Under the pieces are notes generated by a model. It saw nothing but the letters and a program-made list of their open reading frames with translations. It ran no database searches and was not told where the DNA came from. A program made the translations under genes and the position numbers. A stretch of DNA of 64,000 bases, from NCBI GenBank assembly GCA_013239625.1, contig MU053881.1, positions 12,228,879 to 12,292,878 of the forward strand. The letters run 5' to 3'. Below, piece after piece: positions 11,056 to 24,910 of the stretch. Origin of the DNA: Lama guanicoe. Its lineage: Eukaryota. The first letter of the stretch is position 1; every line of letters starts with the position of its first letter.

Positions 11056-12014
11056 CAATCCAAATACCACTTTCCTGTAGTATTTCATTTACTGTTCAAA
11101 ATAGCCCTATTTACTGATGGGAACATGAAGTACAGGAAAGTTAAATTATTTGCCTAAACTTATGCAGTCAGGAAATGGCAAAATCAGAATCATAACAGAA
11201 CTGCTAAGCCCCAAACCCAAGGACAACCCCAAATCAGCAAGTCTAATGCCAGAGGCAATTAAACTGAAAACTAATAAGGTTTAAGGGGAAATAGAAGGAA
11301 GACTTAGGTTCAGAGAGAGGAAAAGTAAGCAATGAAATCAGAAAGGGCTCAGGAACAAACTTTGCCAGCCACTCAGTCTTGCCCAGGGCCAGTTCCACTC
11401 ATGCTCAGGCCAGCAGAAGTGAATGGGCATAAACAAGGCAAAGCGGTTTCTATAAATGTGTCAGAAAAAAAAAAAAAAAACTTGAGGTTTTACATGCAAT
11501 TAATTGCAAAGACATTTCTTAATGGCAGCCTCCTCTTGCCTTTCCAAATTAATGAGTCAGAAAAGCACCGCTCTCAACAGCATCTTTAGAAGTGGGCAAG
11601 CCCCCCTCCTGGGCTCCCATTAAAACAGAACACAGGACCTTCAGCTAAATGCTGCAATGTCCTCCAATTTAGAAAGTTATTTCAGAGCTGTAAAAGCCTG
11701 TGCACAGATTCCTTCCTAGAATCCCTTCTGGTCCCAGAAGGAAAAGAGAGGCAGGGAAAGAGAAGATGATGTGTCATCTTGGGTAACATGTCATTTGGGT
11801 GACATTTTGGATAACACTAGAGGTGGTTAACTCATTTGAAGGACGGCTCTTTCTGTGAAGGAAAAGGCCTTTTTTGTTGTTGATGAATAAAAAGTTATGC
11901 AAGTAAAGAGGGTGGTGGTGGGGAAAAGAAAACAACCCTCAGCTATTGTAAACCAGAAGCACAATCAACAATAGCATTTACAAGTTGTTTCTGCCTGTTT
12001 CTGCCGGTTTTTTG

Positions 12015-12018
<4 letters not shown>

Positions 12019-12063
<45 letters not shown>

Positions 12064-12074
12064 TGTGTGTGTGT
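12019..12074. repeat. (TG)n microsatellite
   Basis: About 21 uninterrupted TG units, one interruption, then more TG. Confidence 0.97.
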
Positions 12075-15000
12075 AACACATACAAGGAGGAACTAAGATT
12101 GAACTAATTTTCTTTTATAACATCCAATCCATGAATAGGTGAGTCTGGTGAGCTCCAGCCTATTGCCAAATTAAACTCCCAGTTAAAGGCCTGGGTGGCT
12201 ACCTGGAGGCTTGCATTCTGTAGAGCCTTGCCTTTTAAATGAACCAACAAGGGCCCACCTGTGTTTGTTACATGTCCCTTGGATAATTAATGCTGGTAAT
12301 AACACTTAAGTGTTAGCACACAAAGCACCTGGAATGCGGCTCGCCATACACATTCTAATCACATCAGCCACCGAACTCTCCAAATGACCTTCTTCAAAAC
12401 AATGACTGTCTTTGAAACCACAGAAGCCAACCTGGGAGGAAGCCGGTTCCCAGGATTTGGCTGCGGCTGAGCAGTTCTTAAAGCTAGAGTGACACCAAGT
12501 GGTCAGAAGGGGAATGAGGCTGCCAGCTTTGTATTCGCCTTCCGGGGCCAGGCTGCCTGCCTGTCGGTCCAGCACTGTTCCCCGGTAGCTGGAGGTTGCA
12601 GCCCATTTCCCCAGAGTGGTGACCAGGGCCAGGGAGGAAAACAGAGCCCCCACCCCCACACTCCTGTTACCTTACAGGTGGTTCTGAAACTCACATAAAT
12701 CCTCAACACTCTTAGTTCTAAGGGGACTTAACATTTTAAAGATCACCAAAGCAGAGCTAGGATGACCACCTATTCCATACCATTGTTTTTAATATTCACA
12801 CAGTATTTTACGTTTTTAGTAAAGCCTGTGTCATTGTGCCCCACAAAGATGATGGGAAATATTGTCTCCATATTCCAGATAAGAAAGGAGTGAAGTGGCA
12901 AGAACAACAGATTATTAGTCAGAGAACAGGTGAATGTTGTATGACTTTTTATGGTCTCTTATCCAGCTGCTAAGCCAGTTATCGCTTCCTGTCCATTGCT
13001 TTTCATGGTCCCAACTGATTTTTTTCCCCTCACAGTCTCCCCCTAGATCAGTATCACTACTAAATATTCTGATTTTTCTCTTCTTTGTTTTATATTTGTC
13101 TTACCATTTTTCTTCCTGTTCCTCCCCACCCCCCAATAGCTCAGACTCAGATAATTTGGGTGGCTTCAAAGACCACTATCAGAAAGGGTTTCTCCCTCCT
13201 GTGGTTTCATATAATTAGACATATCATTTTCCCATAATGCCTCAGCATCGTTAATCACTTCAAATGCAGAGAGAGCCAGGCAGGCTTTTCTGGGAGCAGA
13301 GAGCTCAGGGTCCCATTTCAATTTGTGATTGTATCAATAATCTCGAGACTGTCTTATGTGAACTAACCCATTATTTCTAGAGGAACTGGAAGGAAACTGC
13401 TAAAATCATATGGGCTGACATGGGGACTGTTTATGTTTGAATGATGTAAAATTCCAGATGACATTTGTCAGCTGCTTTGTCCTGCATTTCTAAGTGGCAA
13501 AAAAGGCAATTTTACCTTTCCTGTCAGGACATTCAGGTAAAGAATTATGAGAACCTCTATCAAGAAAAGCACAAATTATCTAAGGGTCTCTCCCACATAC
13601 AGCAGAGGCCAGTATGAATTTAAACTGCTTATAGATCAGAACAAAAACAACAAATTAATCCTGATGCATTTTTCTAAAATACCCTCATGTAATGTTCACG
13701 CCGCAGCCCCTACACCCTGAGACCGCGAGCAAATCCTGTCGCAGTTTCACTCAGGTAATCTATGGCAGATTGGAAAGATTAGAGGAAGCGAAATTCCTGA
13801 AGAAATCATTTCATAGAAAACAGAGCCTCACATAGAGATTGTCGTCTGTATCGATTATTTCTCATGAATACATCTTTCACCAGGGGATCTTCAAGCATAG
13901 AATAAACATACCACACATTCTCTCCAAACAGAAAAAGCCTTTTTTCTCTGGGATAATAAATGAGGAATAACACATAAGGCTGTGGTCAAACCGTGGAACC
14001 ACAAGAGTAGGAGGGAGTGTTGAGACATAATGTGCCTTTAAAGAAAATGCATTCCTTTATTCAAAATCAAATGTTTACTGAGTATCTGCTGTGTGCCAGG
14101 TACAGTCCTTAGCACAGCACCCAGGGTCCTTGGACCTTACATTCTAGAAGAACTGTGAAAATTGTGCTGTGTAAAAACAATCAACAAGTGAATCTAACGT
14201 CAGGAAGGGGAAAATTCTATGGAGCAAAGTATACCACTTGAGAAACACATTATGAGAGCTGCAGGGCTGTCAGGAAGGCCTCTTTAAATATATAAACTTG
14301 ACAGCAATGAAGGTCCATCCATGACCAAAGGTGCCTTTTAGGATTTAACCCTGGTAGCGCCAACAGGAAGTACCAAAGAATGAAAAGAGTGGTGGTAACC
14401 AACAGCTGAGGATGCTTTTAATTCCATCGGGAGGGAGGAGAGGCAGAAACACAGTCCTCAGGGATATGAAGTGCCAGTTCCTCAATTTCCTAGAATCTAA
14501 GTGCTTATCCAATGCCTTCTGCTTTGGCAAGGGAAAGAATAAGGGTCACACTATAAACAGATCATCCCTGACATTTCACAGTGGTTTGAATTAATTGCCA
14601 GGGGATAATAGCATCAAGACTTAAGCTTATAACAAATGTTACTTTCAAATCAGTTATGCAAATACAGCTTTAAGAAGCCTGATATATGTAGATTTATGAC
14701 TAGTTCTTTAAAAGTGATGATCTAAAAAAAAAAATCTTTAAGAAAATGCCACTAAATTCTAAGAGGAATTTATCATGTAAAATAAAAATAAGAGAAAAGC
14801 AAACAATGGGCCAATGAAGTTTTCCATAGACAAATGTAGCTTTTTCTACTGGAAATAATAATATAAACCCACTGATTTCTTTTCTCACACGGCATATTTT
14901 ACTGAGCTTCTGTATATATCAAAAGGCAAAAAGCAGCCAGCAATCTGGAACTCTGGCGCATAGCAGATTTCATTTCATTTTGCATATATAGGGCCTCATG

Positions 15001-17507
15001 CTGTGGAATTAACAGCTTTTAGATTGTTCTAGTGCAACCATTGAGCTGTTGCACTTAAATATGATGTATATTTTTCAATTTAAATAAAATGCATTTAATA
15101 TTGATTTTTTTCATCCATATTCAGTATGCCATCCAAACCACAAAATATACTGATGATATAAAAGTCCCTTCTGAAAGCTTAAAAAAAAACTTCTGTGATT
15201 CTATATGATGTTTCATTTATACTTAATACAAATTTGCCACTCCAGAACTCCTCAGCCTTCTATGGTCCAATCAATAATTGTTGATAGTTTAAAATATCAA
15301 AAGATTTTCGCCAGATACTCACCAAATACATTATGCAACATACTTCTTGAGATTCTATAGAGATATAGAATTAATTTCTTTGATGTATGGCTATTGAATT
15401 AGCAAAGCATTAGTGTACTACCAAAACGGTCAATTTTATAAGGAGACATAATAAACAACATGTTAGCCTGTACACTGAGCATAATCAAAGGTGAGCATGC
15501 TCAGGACAGCCTATTCTCTGGGCATTAAAACCTTGAATGGCAATTCTCTGTAAATGCTTGAAGGACCTTCAACAGGGAGAAGTTTTCAAAACAACTTCTT
15601 AATGACATGGGGAACACAATTTAGGAAATTACCAGGAATTAACAAAAATGTATTCATGGTTGATGTTAATGGTACTTTACATAATCCTATCCAGATTACA
15701 GATGAGAAAACCAGCAGACAAATATTGGAACAGCACCACGTGTCCTGTAGGTCAGGTCTTTGGTGGGTTTTGTTTGTCTGAGGTAGTTATATATTCTGTA
15801 TAGCCATTAAGAGAGGGAAGATACATAATTTAACCATTCAGATGGGACCCTTTTTTTTTAACACCAGAAATTTAAAAACTATTTTTAAGTTTTTCAATTT
15901 AGTTAAAGTATGACAAATAATGTACACACTCTTATAACTATAGCTGCTTTCTGAGTTTTATGTGAGCTCAAGTGAAAAGTTTTATTAAAACGCAGAGAAA
16001 TCAGATCATATAGTACAGAGGAGCAAAACCATTTACTTTAAAATGAATCCCACAAAAAATTTATAATTTCCTGATAGATCTTCTCCTGTCATCTTCAAAG
16101 ACTGTCAGGGAAAGTTTTATTTTCATCATTTTTAAGTAGAAAAATCCTTAATCATTATCAAAAGAATTTAAATTTGAGGTACCCATCTGTTGCATTTCTG
16201 AGAGGCTCCAAACACCCTTCGTAAGAGAGAAACCTTGGTTTTGAACTTCAGTGATTAAACAGTGGTCTCCTTTGTACAATCTGCTTCTACTGCTGTTACA
16301 TAGCAAGTATTTTAATGCCAGCCTTCAGTCAAGAGCCTCTTGTCCTACAAGACACTCATTATTCAAGAAAAAAAAAATATCATCTACATTTAAAAAATGA
16401 AAGGAAGGAATCTGCGCTCCCACAAGTGTTTTATGTTGTTGTTCGTTTTTTTTTAATCTCCAATTCAGAGGCTTTGCAATCATCAGGATTGTGAAGTTTT
16501 TTTCCCCTCTGCAATAATAAAGAGACCACTTAATTATCATCTCATGGTCACTTTGCCTGCCACGTGCAGATTGCAAAACCCAGTAACAACTCTAATGAAA
16601 AGCATTTCTTCATGGCCACAACCTCTTTATACCTGGACTCTGGCTTTCAAGAGATGATTATATGGTTGCTTGCAAGAAGGTCACCACACAAGGCCGGAGT
16701 CACAATTCAGATGTCTGAATACCTCCCAAGCACTCTACCAGCACGATGCAGAATGAATGGCTCCAAAGGATGGAGTGGCTTATAGATAGAGATTTTTTAA
16801 ATGTCGTTTTAATTTTAAAATGTCCGTTAATGCTTTGAAAAGACAATTTTTAAAGGAACATAACAATACCTGGCGGTTAAGATAATGGACTGACTTTATA
16901 AAAAGTTAACCAACTTGTAATTTGAAGTAAGAATTTGGGTAAAAAGAGAGGAAATGGATATTTTCCAGGGATGTATGCCAAGGCAAATGAAACAATGCTT
17001 CAATAGGAGAACCTAGGAAGAATGCAGTATATTCTACCCCTCAATTTGTTATAAACGACAGCATATGTTGTGTTTTATTTTGAATTCTCTGATAAATGAA
17101 TGTTTATCCTGGGATCAATGGTTCTGGGTGAATGGCAGATTGTAGCAGCAATTGCTTTCTCACCAAGAGAATTATCTTAAATCAGATCTCCTTTGTTTGA
17201 TGAAACTTAAATTGCAGGGGGAGTATTTAAACATCTAAGGAGAAAAATCCATAGATAAGCTAACACATGGCTCCAAGTGCATTTAGCAGAACTAATTGTC
17301 TCTATTATTCTTTTATTCTAAAAGCTACAGATAGAATGTAGAAGTCAAATAACAAAATACTGTATCATTATAGGTGCCCTGATAAAGGACAGTTGACCAC
17401 CAAAGTGCTATATTTACTTCAAGTGATACAGGAGAGTTAGGGCAAATGAGACAATTAATGTCTATGGTAAATCCAGCTAAATAACAGGATTACGAATAGA
17501 AACGCCT

Positions 17508-17693
17508 ATAGTTAAACAACAAAGTCCTACTGTAGAGCACAGGGGACTATATCCAGTACCTTGTAATGGCCTATAATGAAAAAGAATATAAAAACAAATA
17601 TATATACATAAGTGAATCACTATGCTGTCCACCAGAAATTAACACAGCATTGTAAATTGACTATACTTCCATTTTTTTAAATGGGAAAAAAAA
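17508..17693 (+). mobile_element. Short L1 3' end
   Basis: GTCCTACTGTAGAGCACAGGG..GAATCACTATGCTGT..poly(A). TSD GAATAGAAAC(G/T)CCT at 17494-17507 and 17694-17707. Confidence 0.88.
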
Positions 17694-20628
17694 GAATAGA
17701 AACTCCTTTCCTGTATTGTGTCATATTTCTATGAGGCTAAGCAAAACATGGAAGCCATCTCTTCTGTGCAGTGTCTGTGGCCACAAATGTCCTCAGCGTG
17801 CCCTGGGACCAAGAAGGCTCTCTGTTCTGTTAGGTGACCACATACCCATGGCTTTGATGAAAGTGGTGGAAAAACCACAGTTAAGAGCTTACCCCAGACC
17901 CAGGGCAGATGTGTGTCTGAATCCTGTGTCTGCAGGATATACAATCCCAGGTGAAGTAGTGAACCTTGCTAAAGCCCTTTTCCTCATTGATTAGCTACAG
18001 AATGATACAAATAGGTAAAAACTCAAAAGGCTGTCTTCCCTCCATGTTCTTTCCTCTCATGTACTTCTCAACCCACTCCAGTGTGCTTGTTGCCTCCCCC
18101 TCCACTGAAACAGCTGTCCTAAAAGTCACCAAAAGTCACCACAATGTCTCAACAGCATCTAACAGTATTGCCCCCCACCACCACTGAAACAGCTCCTTCT
18201 CTCTGCAGAAAGACGCCCCAGAGAGCAGCCACCGTGGTCCAAGAGACAGCAGCTGCCTGAGTGTTTCTGGCTCTTGAAACCAGGGTGTCAACCTGCCTGA
18301 GTTTGGGTTCTGTGACAGTGCTCTGAATCTTTAATGTAAATGTCCCTTTGGGGTACCTTAAAAGATCAGAGACACAATGCGAGTGGAGGACAGGACCACC
18401 ATTAAATCAATTTTAAGTTTTTCTTTTCAATATCCTGCATTGCGTACCCCTCCCCCTCACCTTTATTTCTTAAGTTTTGGCAACAGACAAGCACATGCAA
18501 TTGACAGGCACTGGGAAGGACTGAAAAGAAACAGGAAAGTCCACGGCTCAGTGTGATTCATTCCTAAAGCCCCTTCACCAATTAAGTGGTGTCCCTGGAG
18601 GTTTCTTCCAGGTCAGGTGTTGGAAAGGTTTCCTTGAATTTAGAGGAAGCTAGCTTAGGACAGCCCCAGGCCTGTGATATTTCTTCACCCCTTAAGAGAC
18701 TTATTTAAAATAAATAGCCACGGCTTTGTCTCTTGGCCGTAGCTTTCCCTATTATGAGCTGAGGTCAGGACAAATAGCTCATGTCCCTGACTCACAGGTA
18801 AGGATGAAATGACTCCTTCGAGGAATCACTAAATCACACAATCCTCCTGGCAAAGGATAAATGGAGTTTGCCATTCGCCACCGGCTCACACAGGTATCAA
18901 CAGGACTTGGAATCAAGCCTCTGATGTTTCTGCTTTGCTTGAGGCCCTTCTAACTGCCCCCTGGATGGGTCACTCCATCTCTCCTGCACACCGGTAGCAT
19001 CTAGGGAGAAAGATTCAGTGCTATCTTATTGCAAATGCTCTGTGACTGTCACTAGTGCATCTGCTAAGACAAAGACTGACAAATTGCACTCCTCACATTA
19101 ATTTTCAAGTACATTTTTAAAGCACATGCCTCTGATGAAGTATTTTGAATAGTGCTATGGATGTCAAGGAGACATTTAAAATATCTCACTCATAATTTTT
19201 GAAAATCTTCCTCATTCAAAATTGTCACAGCTTGACAGCTTAGCTCTGTTTTGAGTATATTCTTTTACAATGTACTACAAACTGATTGAAGAGCTGACAA
19301 ATCTGACTTAACCCAAACAGGAATCTTTAAATATAGCTGATTGAAAAGAAGGTTTAATGAAAATGCATATACAGACATTACATCTAGCATCCTATTTTTA
19401 AAAAGTCAAATTACACAATTAAAATCTTTACTGAAAATACGCCTCTACCCCCCTCCACTAGAAAAAGGAAAATCACTCCATGATCTATTGAGACAAAATA
19501 CTGAAGTTATTAGAAATCACTCTGATTGAATATTCATGTATCTTTTTTTTGTCTAAAAAAAAAGCCAGTATTTTATTTTCTGTGTGTACACAAAAAGATC
19601 CATTCTTTTGAATCCAATGATTGATCCCAGCTTGTACAAACAACGTATAAGAAAGAGAGCAAAAACACTGAAATAAGGTTATTATAATTCTTCTCTAACC
19701 CAGGCTGGAAAAGTAACCTTATGATTATTAAATACAAAAAAGGGAAAAAAAGAATAAAAGGGATCTGTAGCTAAATACAGGGGGAGAAATTGGCTGTGGA
19801 ATGCAGGAGGCAACCGTGAATTAAGGTTCTTACTGCAATGAGGGTTCTACTTAAACACCCACAAGCAAAACACACCTGAAAAATTTCAGTGATACCAGTT
19901 GAGCAAAGGAGAGCTGCTCTTCTGATGAAACAGCCAAAAGATGATCTCCAAAATTTTTTTTGGTTTTGCTAAAATACGTTTAGCTTCCTATAATCCTCTC
20001 TTGCGTTAAGATGATGTCACTAATAAGGAGAAGAAAAAGATCAACCCATCACATAAGGCAAAAATTTCTGCCAGAAAGGAGGGTGACGTGGAGAACCTTT
20101 CCAGTGCTGCAAAGAAAAGAAGAAATAAGAGAAAGAAAGAGAAGGATGGGAGCTGCCCAGCAAGCCACAAGCTTGGGGGGGGAGAAAAAGTCACAGAAAC
20201 ACCAAGACAGCTTTGTAGCAATTTGAGAGCACTGCAGTGGGTGCCCCACTTTCCTGGGGGCAGAGAAGCCCAAGTGTGCAGCATGGCCCAGCGTTCCACA
20301 GGGCAGGAAAGTGCTAGGGCAACGTCATGCTCTCTGGGCTTGGCAGCTGCGACCACTGGGGAAAATGGGGCTTCACTCACGTGAGAGAGAGCTGGGGGAG
20401 CCTGAGTAAAGGTGAAGAGAGAAATGCACTGGAAGACTGTATTTAGGAAATAATTACATGTCTGATTACGGCCAAGGAGATCATGCACATTTTCCATGGC
20501 CCAGATGTGGGCCACGTGACAATCAGACCTGGCCCTGAACTGCTGTAGGCTCACCTAGCAGTCCCAGTAAAGCCCCCAAGTCTTAACTAGGGCTCAGATG
20601 AGGGGCAGACAATCCCACCCGGTTGAAG

Positions 20629-21298
20629 GATCAGCAAGAAATTGCACTGATTCTCCACAATAGAGGTAAGGAAGAATATGTCTGGAATACAGGGGCATCT
20701 CTTAGTATCACTATGCCCCGTGATTAAGGTCAATGGAAAACTACGACTCAATCCTGGTAGGACCACTAAGGCCCAGACCCTTCAGGACTGAAGATTTGGG
20801 GCAGCCCATCGGGTTCAGAACTACGACTAGCTGGGTGCAAACAGAATACAGAATGGGTGGTAGAAGAAACTAGTTATAAATATCACTTGTGACCATATGA
20901 CCAGTCATAGAAATGAGGAACATAGTCGTCTTAATGTCATGAGTATTTCTTCCTTATTTTGTTATGAATATGTTCGTGTATGTGTGTGTTTGTATAAGAA
21001 AAAAATCTGTTTTCTTCCCTTTCTGAGCTCCTTATCATGAAATATACACGTATTGCCTTTATATCATAGTCTTTAGACATTGTTAACTTTACAGCACAGC
21101 ATTTAAGCTACATAATATGAAGAAGAGTAAACATCATCCAAGGACTTTACATCCTCTTCTAGGGGAAGAGTTAGTGCATTTTTGTTTGTACACAGAATAG
21201 TGTATCATGTTAGGTGGAAGTAAGACCTTGTTATTGCCTCTGGAGATTAAGAATGATCTATGGATATATACGTGATGCCAAGCTGACAAGAGGAGAAC
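20629..21298 (+). mobile_element. ERV-L internal 3' remnant (decayed dUTPase/pol C-terminal region) ending in a polypurine tract
   Basis: Translates in pieces as DQQEIALILHNRGKEEYVWNTG, GHLLVSLCPVIKVNGKL and NTEWVVEETSYKYHL*PYDQ, matching my recollection of the HERV-L pol end. Frameshifts and stops are present. AAGAGGAGAAC precedes the LTR. Confidence 0.85.
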
Positions 21299-21640
21299 TT
21301 ATGATGGTTAATTTCATGTGTCACCTCAACAGATCTGTGCCCAGGTATTTGGTCAAACATTCTGGGTATTTCTGTGAGGGTGTTTTAGATGAGATTAACA
21401 TTTAAATCAGTGGACTTTGAGTAAAGCAGATTTCTCTCCATAATGTGGGTGGGCCTCATCCAATCAGTTGAAGGCCTGAAGAGAACAAAAGGCTGACCTG
21501 CCCAGAGTGAAAGAGAACTCTCCAGCAGATGGCCTTCAGACTTCATTCATAACAGCAACTCTGGGTTTTCTAGCAGACTTCCTGTGGACTTGAACCGCAA
21601 CTCCTTCCTGAGTCTCCAGTCTGTTGGCCTCTCTCATTAC
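21299..21640 (+). mobile_element. MLT2-type (ERV-L) 3' LTR, truncated
   Basis: TATGATGGTTAATTTCATGTGTCA..GAGTAAAGCAGAT..CATAATGTGGGTGGGCCTCATCCAATCAGTTGAAGGCCTGAA. Confidence 0.85.
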
Positions 21641-21649
21641 ATTTTTTTA

Positions 21650-22186
21650 GATTTTTTTTTTATTGAAGTATAGCCAGTTTACATTGTTGCATCAATTTCT
21701 GGTGTACAGTCATCTGTTGATGACTGGATAAATGTTTCAGTCATACATATACATATATTCCTTTTCATATTCTTTTTCATTATAGGTTACTGCAAGATAT
21801 TGAATATAGTTCCCTGTGCTACACAGTAGGCTTGTTGTTTATCTATTTTATATATATAGTGTAACTGCAAACTTTGAATTCCCAATTTATCCCTTCCCAT
21901 CCCCTACCCCCTTCCCACCCCGAGTAACCATAATGTCTGTGAGTCTGTCTCTGTTTCATAAATAAGTTAATTTGTGTCTTTTTTAAAAGACTCCATGTGT
22001 AAGTGGTAACATATGATATTTTTCTTTCTCTTTCTGGCTTACTTCACTTAGAATGATGGTCTCCGGGTCCATCCATGTTGCTGCTAATGGCATTATTTTA
22101 TTCTTTTTTATGGCTGAGTAGTATTCCATTCCGTCTGTATCTATATCTATATCTAATCACAATTTCTTTATCCAGTCATCTGTCAA
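21650..22186 (-). mobile_element. 5'-truncated young L1
   Basis: Poly(T) followed by the same 3'UTR/ORF2-end sequence as 10436-11020. Possible TSD TTTAGATT. Confidence 0.9.
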
Positions 22187-23249
22187 TTTAGATTATTTAT
22201 ATGTATTGGCATAGCAGCACTTTTTACAAGTCCTCTATTCTCAACATTTTGAACCTGTTTCTACAACTTTGATTTGACTAAAAGATCCTTCTTTAAATAG
22301 GCTGTATTTTAATCTGGCACCTTACTTAGTTAAGGAACATCTGTAACATCTTCTGCCTTTGAAAAATCCTACAGGAACTTTCTGTTGCAGATGCTAACAG
22401 GGGCAGGGGAGAGGAGAAGGCCAGTGCTCAGGACAAGGAAACCTCCATGAGTAGAGACTTCACAACCAGAGACAAAGACAGGGTTCATGAATCACCCCAG
22501 GACAAAACAGCCATGAGATGTTAGTGTCAACTCTGAATTGACTGCATTGTATCTATAAGAGATGGTTTCAAATTAGAGGCATCCCAGTTAACATGTTTGG
22601 AAAGTTTTTTTGTTTCTTCCACTAGAGGGAATAAGTAAAAGAAAAGCATGAGAGCAATATGAAATTAGTTTTAGGAAACAAAGCAAGCTACATGTTTATT
22701 CACATCTAAGACCCAATGAGAATTTTGGTTTTTCTGATTCTGTTTCATAGAGGGAAATTTTAGTAATTGCAGGTTGATATTTCTTGGCTACAATAAATCA
22801 ACCAAGATATAAGTTAAGCATGAGTGTTTCGTGGATTCACATAGAATGTGGGAAAGCTTGGAACACAGAGATAACCAGCACCCAAAGGTGAAGCAGGGCA
22901 TAAAGGAATGAGGCACAGATGGACCAGGACTGGGACATTCTTCCATTGGCGTCTTCTGGGATTATTTAGAAATGTCTGAATCCTTGGAGAGGACAAATGA
23001 TAAGGAAATGTCAGAACCATATGTAGTTGTAACTGTGTTTTTATTGTAGAACGTGAGTGTGTGTGTGACATACATAAATGTGCATCTTTATAAAATATTC
23101 ATTACATTTTCTAAAGGTAAGAGAAATAGGTCATAAAATTCATCTACTTCCAGATATTAATAGCCCCAAACACTGATGGCTTTTGGAAGCTGACATTTTA
23201 AACACTCCTGTCTTTTAGGCCATCAAGACCAACAGCATGATATAATAGT

Positions 23250-23470
23250 TAAAAGCACCTATTCTAGAGGTTTCAAATCATAGCTCTCTCTTTTATTAGG
23301 AATGTGACCTTGGGGAAGTTATATAGCCTCTCTGTGTCTCATTTCCTAACATGCAAAATGGGGATAATGGTAACAACCTCATAGGGGTGTTAAACAAATG
23401 AATGAAGGGACCTGGTATCTATTCTGCTCTTAGAATAGTGCCTGGTGAGCTCTACGTAGAGATTTGTTAA
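23250..23470 (+). mobile_element. MIR
   Basis: TGTGACCTTGGGGAAGTTA..CTCTGTGTCTCATTTCCT..AAAATGGGGATAATGGTA. Confidence 0.8.
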
Positions 23471-23809
23471 GTAAAACTAATATGGTAACAACATTAAGGC
23501 CATGATGATAAATGTGTAAATCATGCCATTTGTTTTCTTGGGATATTTCATTTTGTTCTTCTAAACCAATCATTTTGATTTTCTTTATTGCACTTAAAAA
23601 AGGTGGGGGGGGACCTCCAATAGCAATTATTATTTTAAAATGGCTTAAATCAAGTAAGCCAATATAACAACTTCAAATAAAATTGAGGTTCTAGTACATC
23701 ATTAGAAGTTTTGGAACAGTACTAAAATAAAGGAATTATAAGATTGTGGAGATAATAAATTGATACTTAAAAAGAAAAGGACATTGAAAGATATCAGTCT
23801 TTCATAGGG

Positions 23810-23925
23810 AAAATATAAAAATACAGTGGAGCTTTCACAAACACTTCTAGAGCTGACAGAAGAATTCTGCAAGGGAGCAGGATACAAGGTTAACATACAG
23901 AAATCAGTTGCAGATTGATACATGA
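23810..23925 (+). mobile_element. Internal L1 ORF2 (RT) fragment
   Basis: Translates LLELTEEFCKGAGYKVNIQKSVA, similar to the L1 RT motif LLELINEFSKVAGYKINIQKSVA. Confidence 0.8.
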
Positions 23926-23929
23926 CTGT

Positions 23930-24088
23930 TCTCATAAAAGCACTTAATCTCATATGAAGGCTCCACCCTCATGACCTCATCTAAATCTGACTACCTCCCA
24001 AAGACCCCACCTCCTAAAATAGTGTCATATTGGGATTAGGGTTTCAACATATGAACTTTGAGGGAACACAAACATTCAGCCCATGACA
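23930..24088 (-). mobile_element. MaLR LTR fragment (MLT1A/MST-like)
   Basis: CCCTCATGACCTCATCTAA..CCCCACCTCCTAA..TTTCAACATATGAA..ACAAACATTCAGCCCATGACA, reverse-similar to the start of 43531-43923. Confidence 0.8.
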
Positions 24089-24419
24089 ATTTCCCTATCT
24101 GGATTTCTCATACTTCGACAGAAGTACACCCTCTCTCTCTCTCTTTGTATTATACCCTCTGGCCTGGCAAAAGATCAGCTTCCATAACAAAGGTAAAAGT
24201 CGTATTTTCTGGTCCTTCTCTTCAGCTTATATGATACAGAGAAAATCAAAGATTTAAATGGGACAGAATAGCTTGAGTAAAAAGATCAGACTCTGAAATC
24301 ATTATATGTTTGATTTTCTATAAAATGCTTAATCTTGTTTCCTCCTCTGTCAAACTGGGTAACAGTAATGCCTACATCTCAAGATTGTGTTGTGAGTATT
24401 CAGTGACATCCATTTGGCC

Positions 24420-24910
24420 ACTTATTCCAATGGTTCTTGAGTGCCTACTCTGTGTACTCTTTGGACACTTAAGCTGTCATAATGGAAAGGACTTTCAAAA
24501 TCTCCACATAATTGAGCTTGTATGCTAATTGAGGAAATAAATAAATATGTATACCTTCTAATTAGGCAGTGCCGAGAACTAAGCAAAGAAATAAAAGCAG
24601 TGTGAAAGGCTAGACAGTAACAAAAAGTGCTGCCGGGGATAGGGGTGGTCAAACAAGGCTTTGGTAGCGATGAATTTGATGGAGACCTATTAAAGTGACA
24701 GAGAAAGCCACGCATATATGTGGAGGGAGAGAATTCTAGACAGTGAAGAGCAAGTATAAATTCCATGAGATGGCAATATGCTTGGGGTCTTCAGGGAACA
24801 ATGAGGAGGTCATTGTGGTGGATGTACAACGACCAATGGGGACAGAGGGGGAATGACACCTGCAAAGTAAGAGGAATGGAGTGTAGGCAGATCATGGAGG
24901 GCCTTGCACA
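24420..24910 (-). mobile_element. L2 remnant
   Basis: TTGAGTGCCTACTCTGTG..GGCAGATCATGGAGGGCCTTG. Confidence 0.65.

Noticed and set aside
20006..20554. Longest ORF (182 aa, minus strand)
   Set aside because: No ATG at its start, low-complexity F/L/S run from an A-rich plus strand, no recognisable domain, and overlapped by ORFs in other frames.
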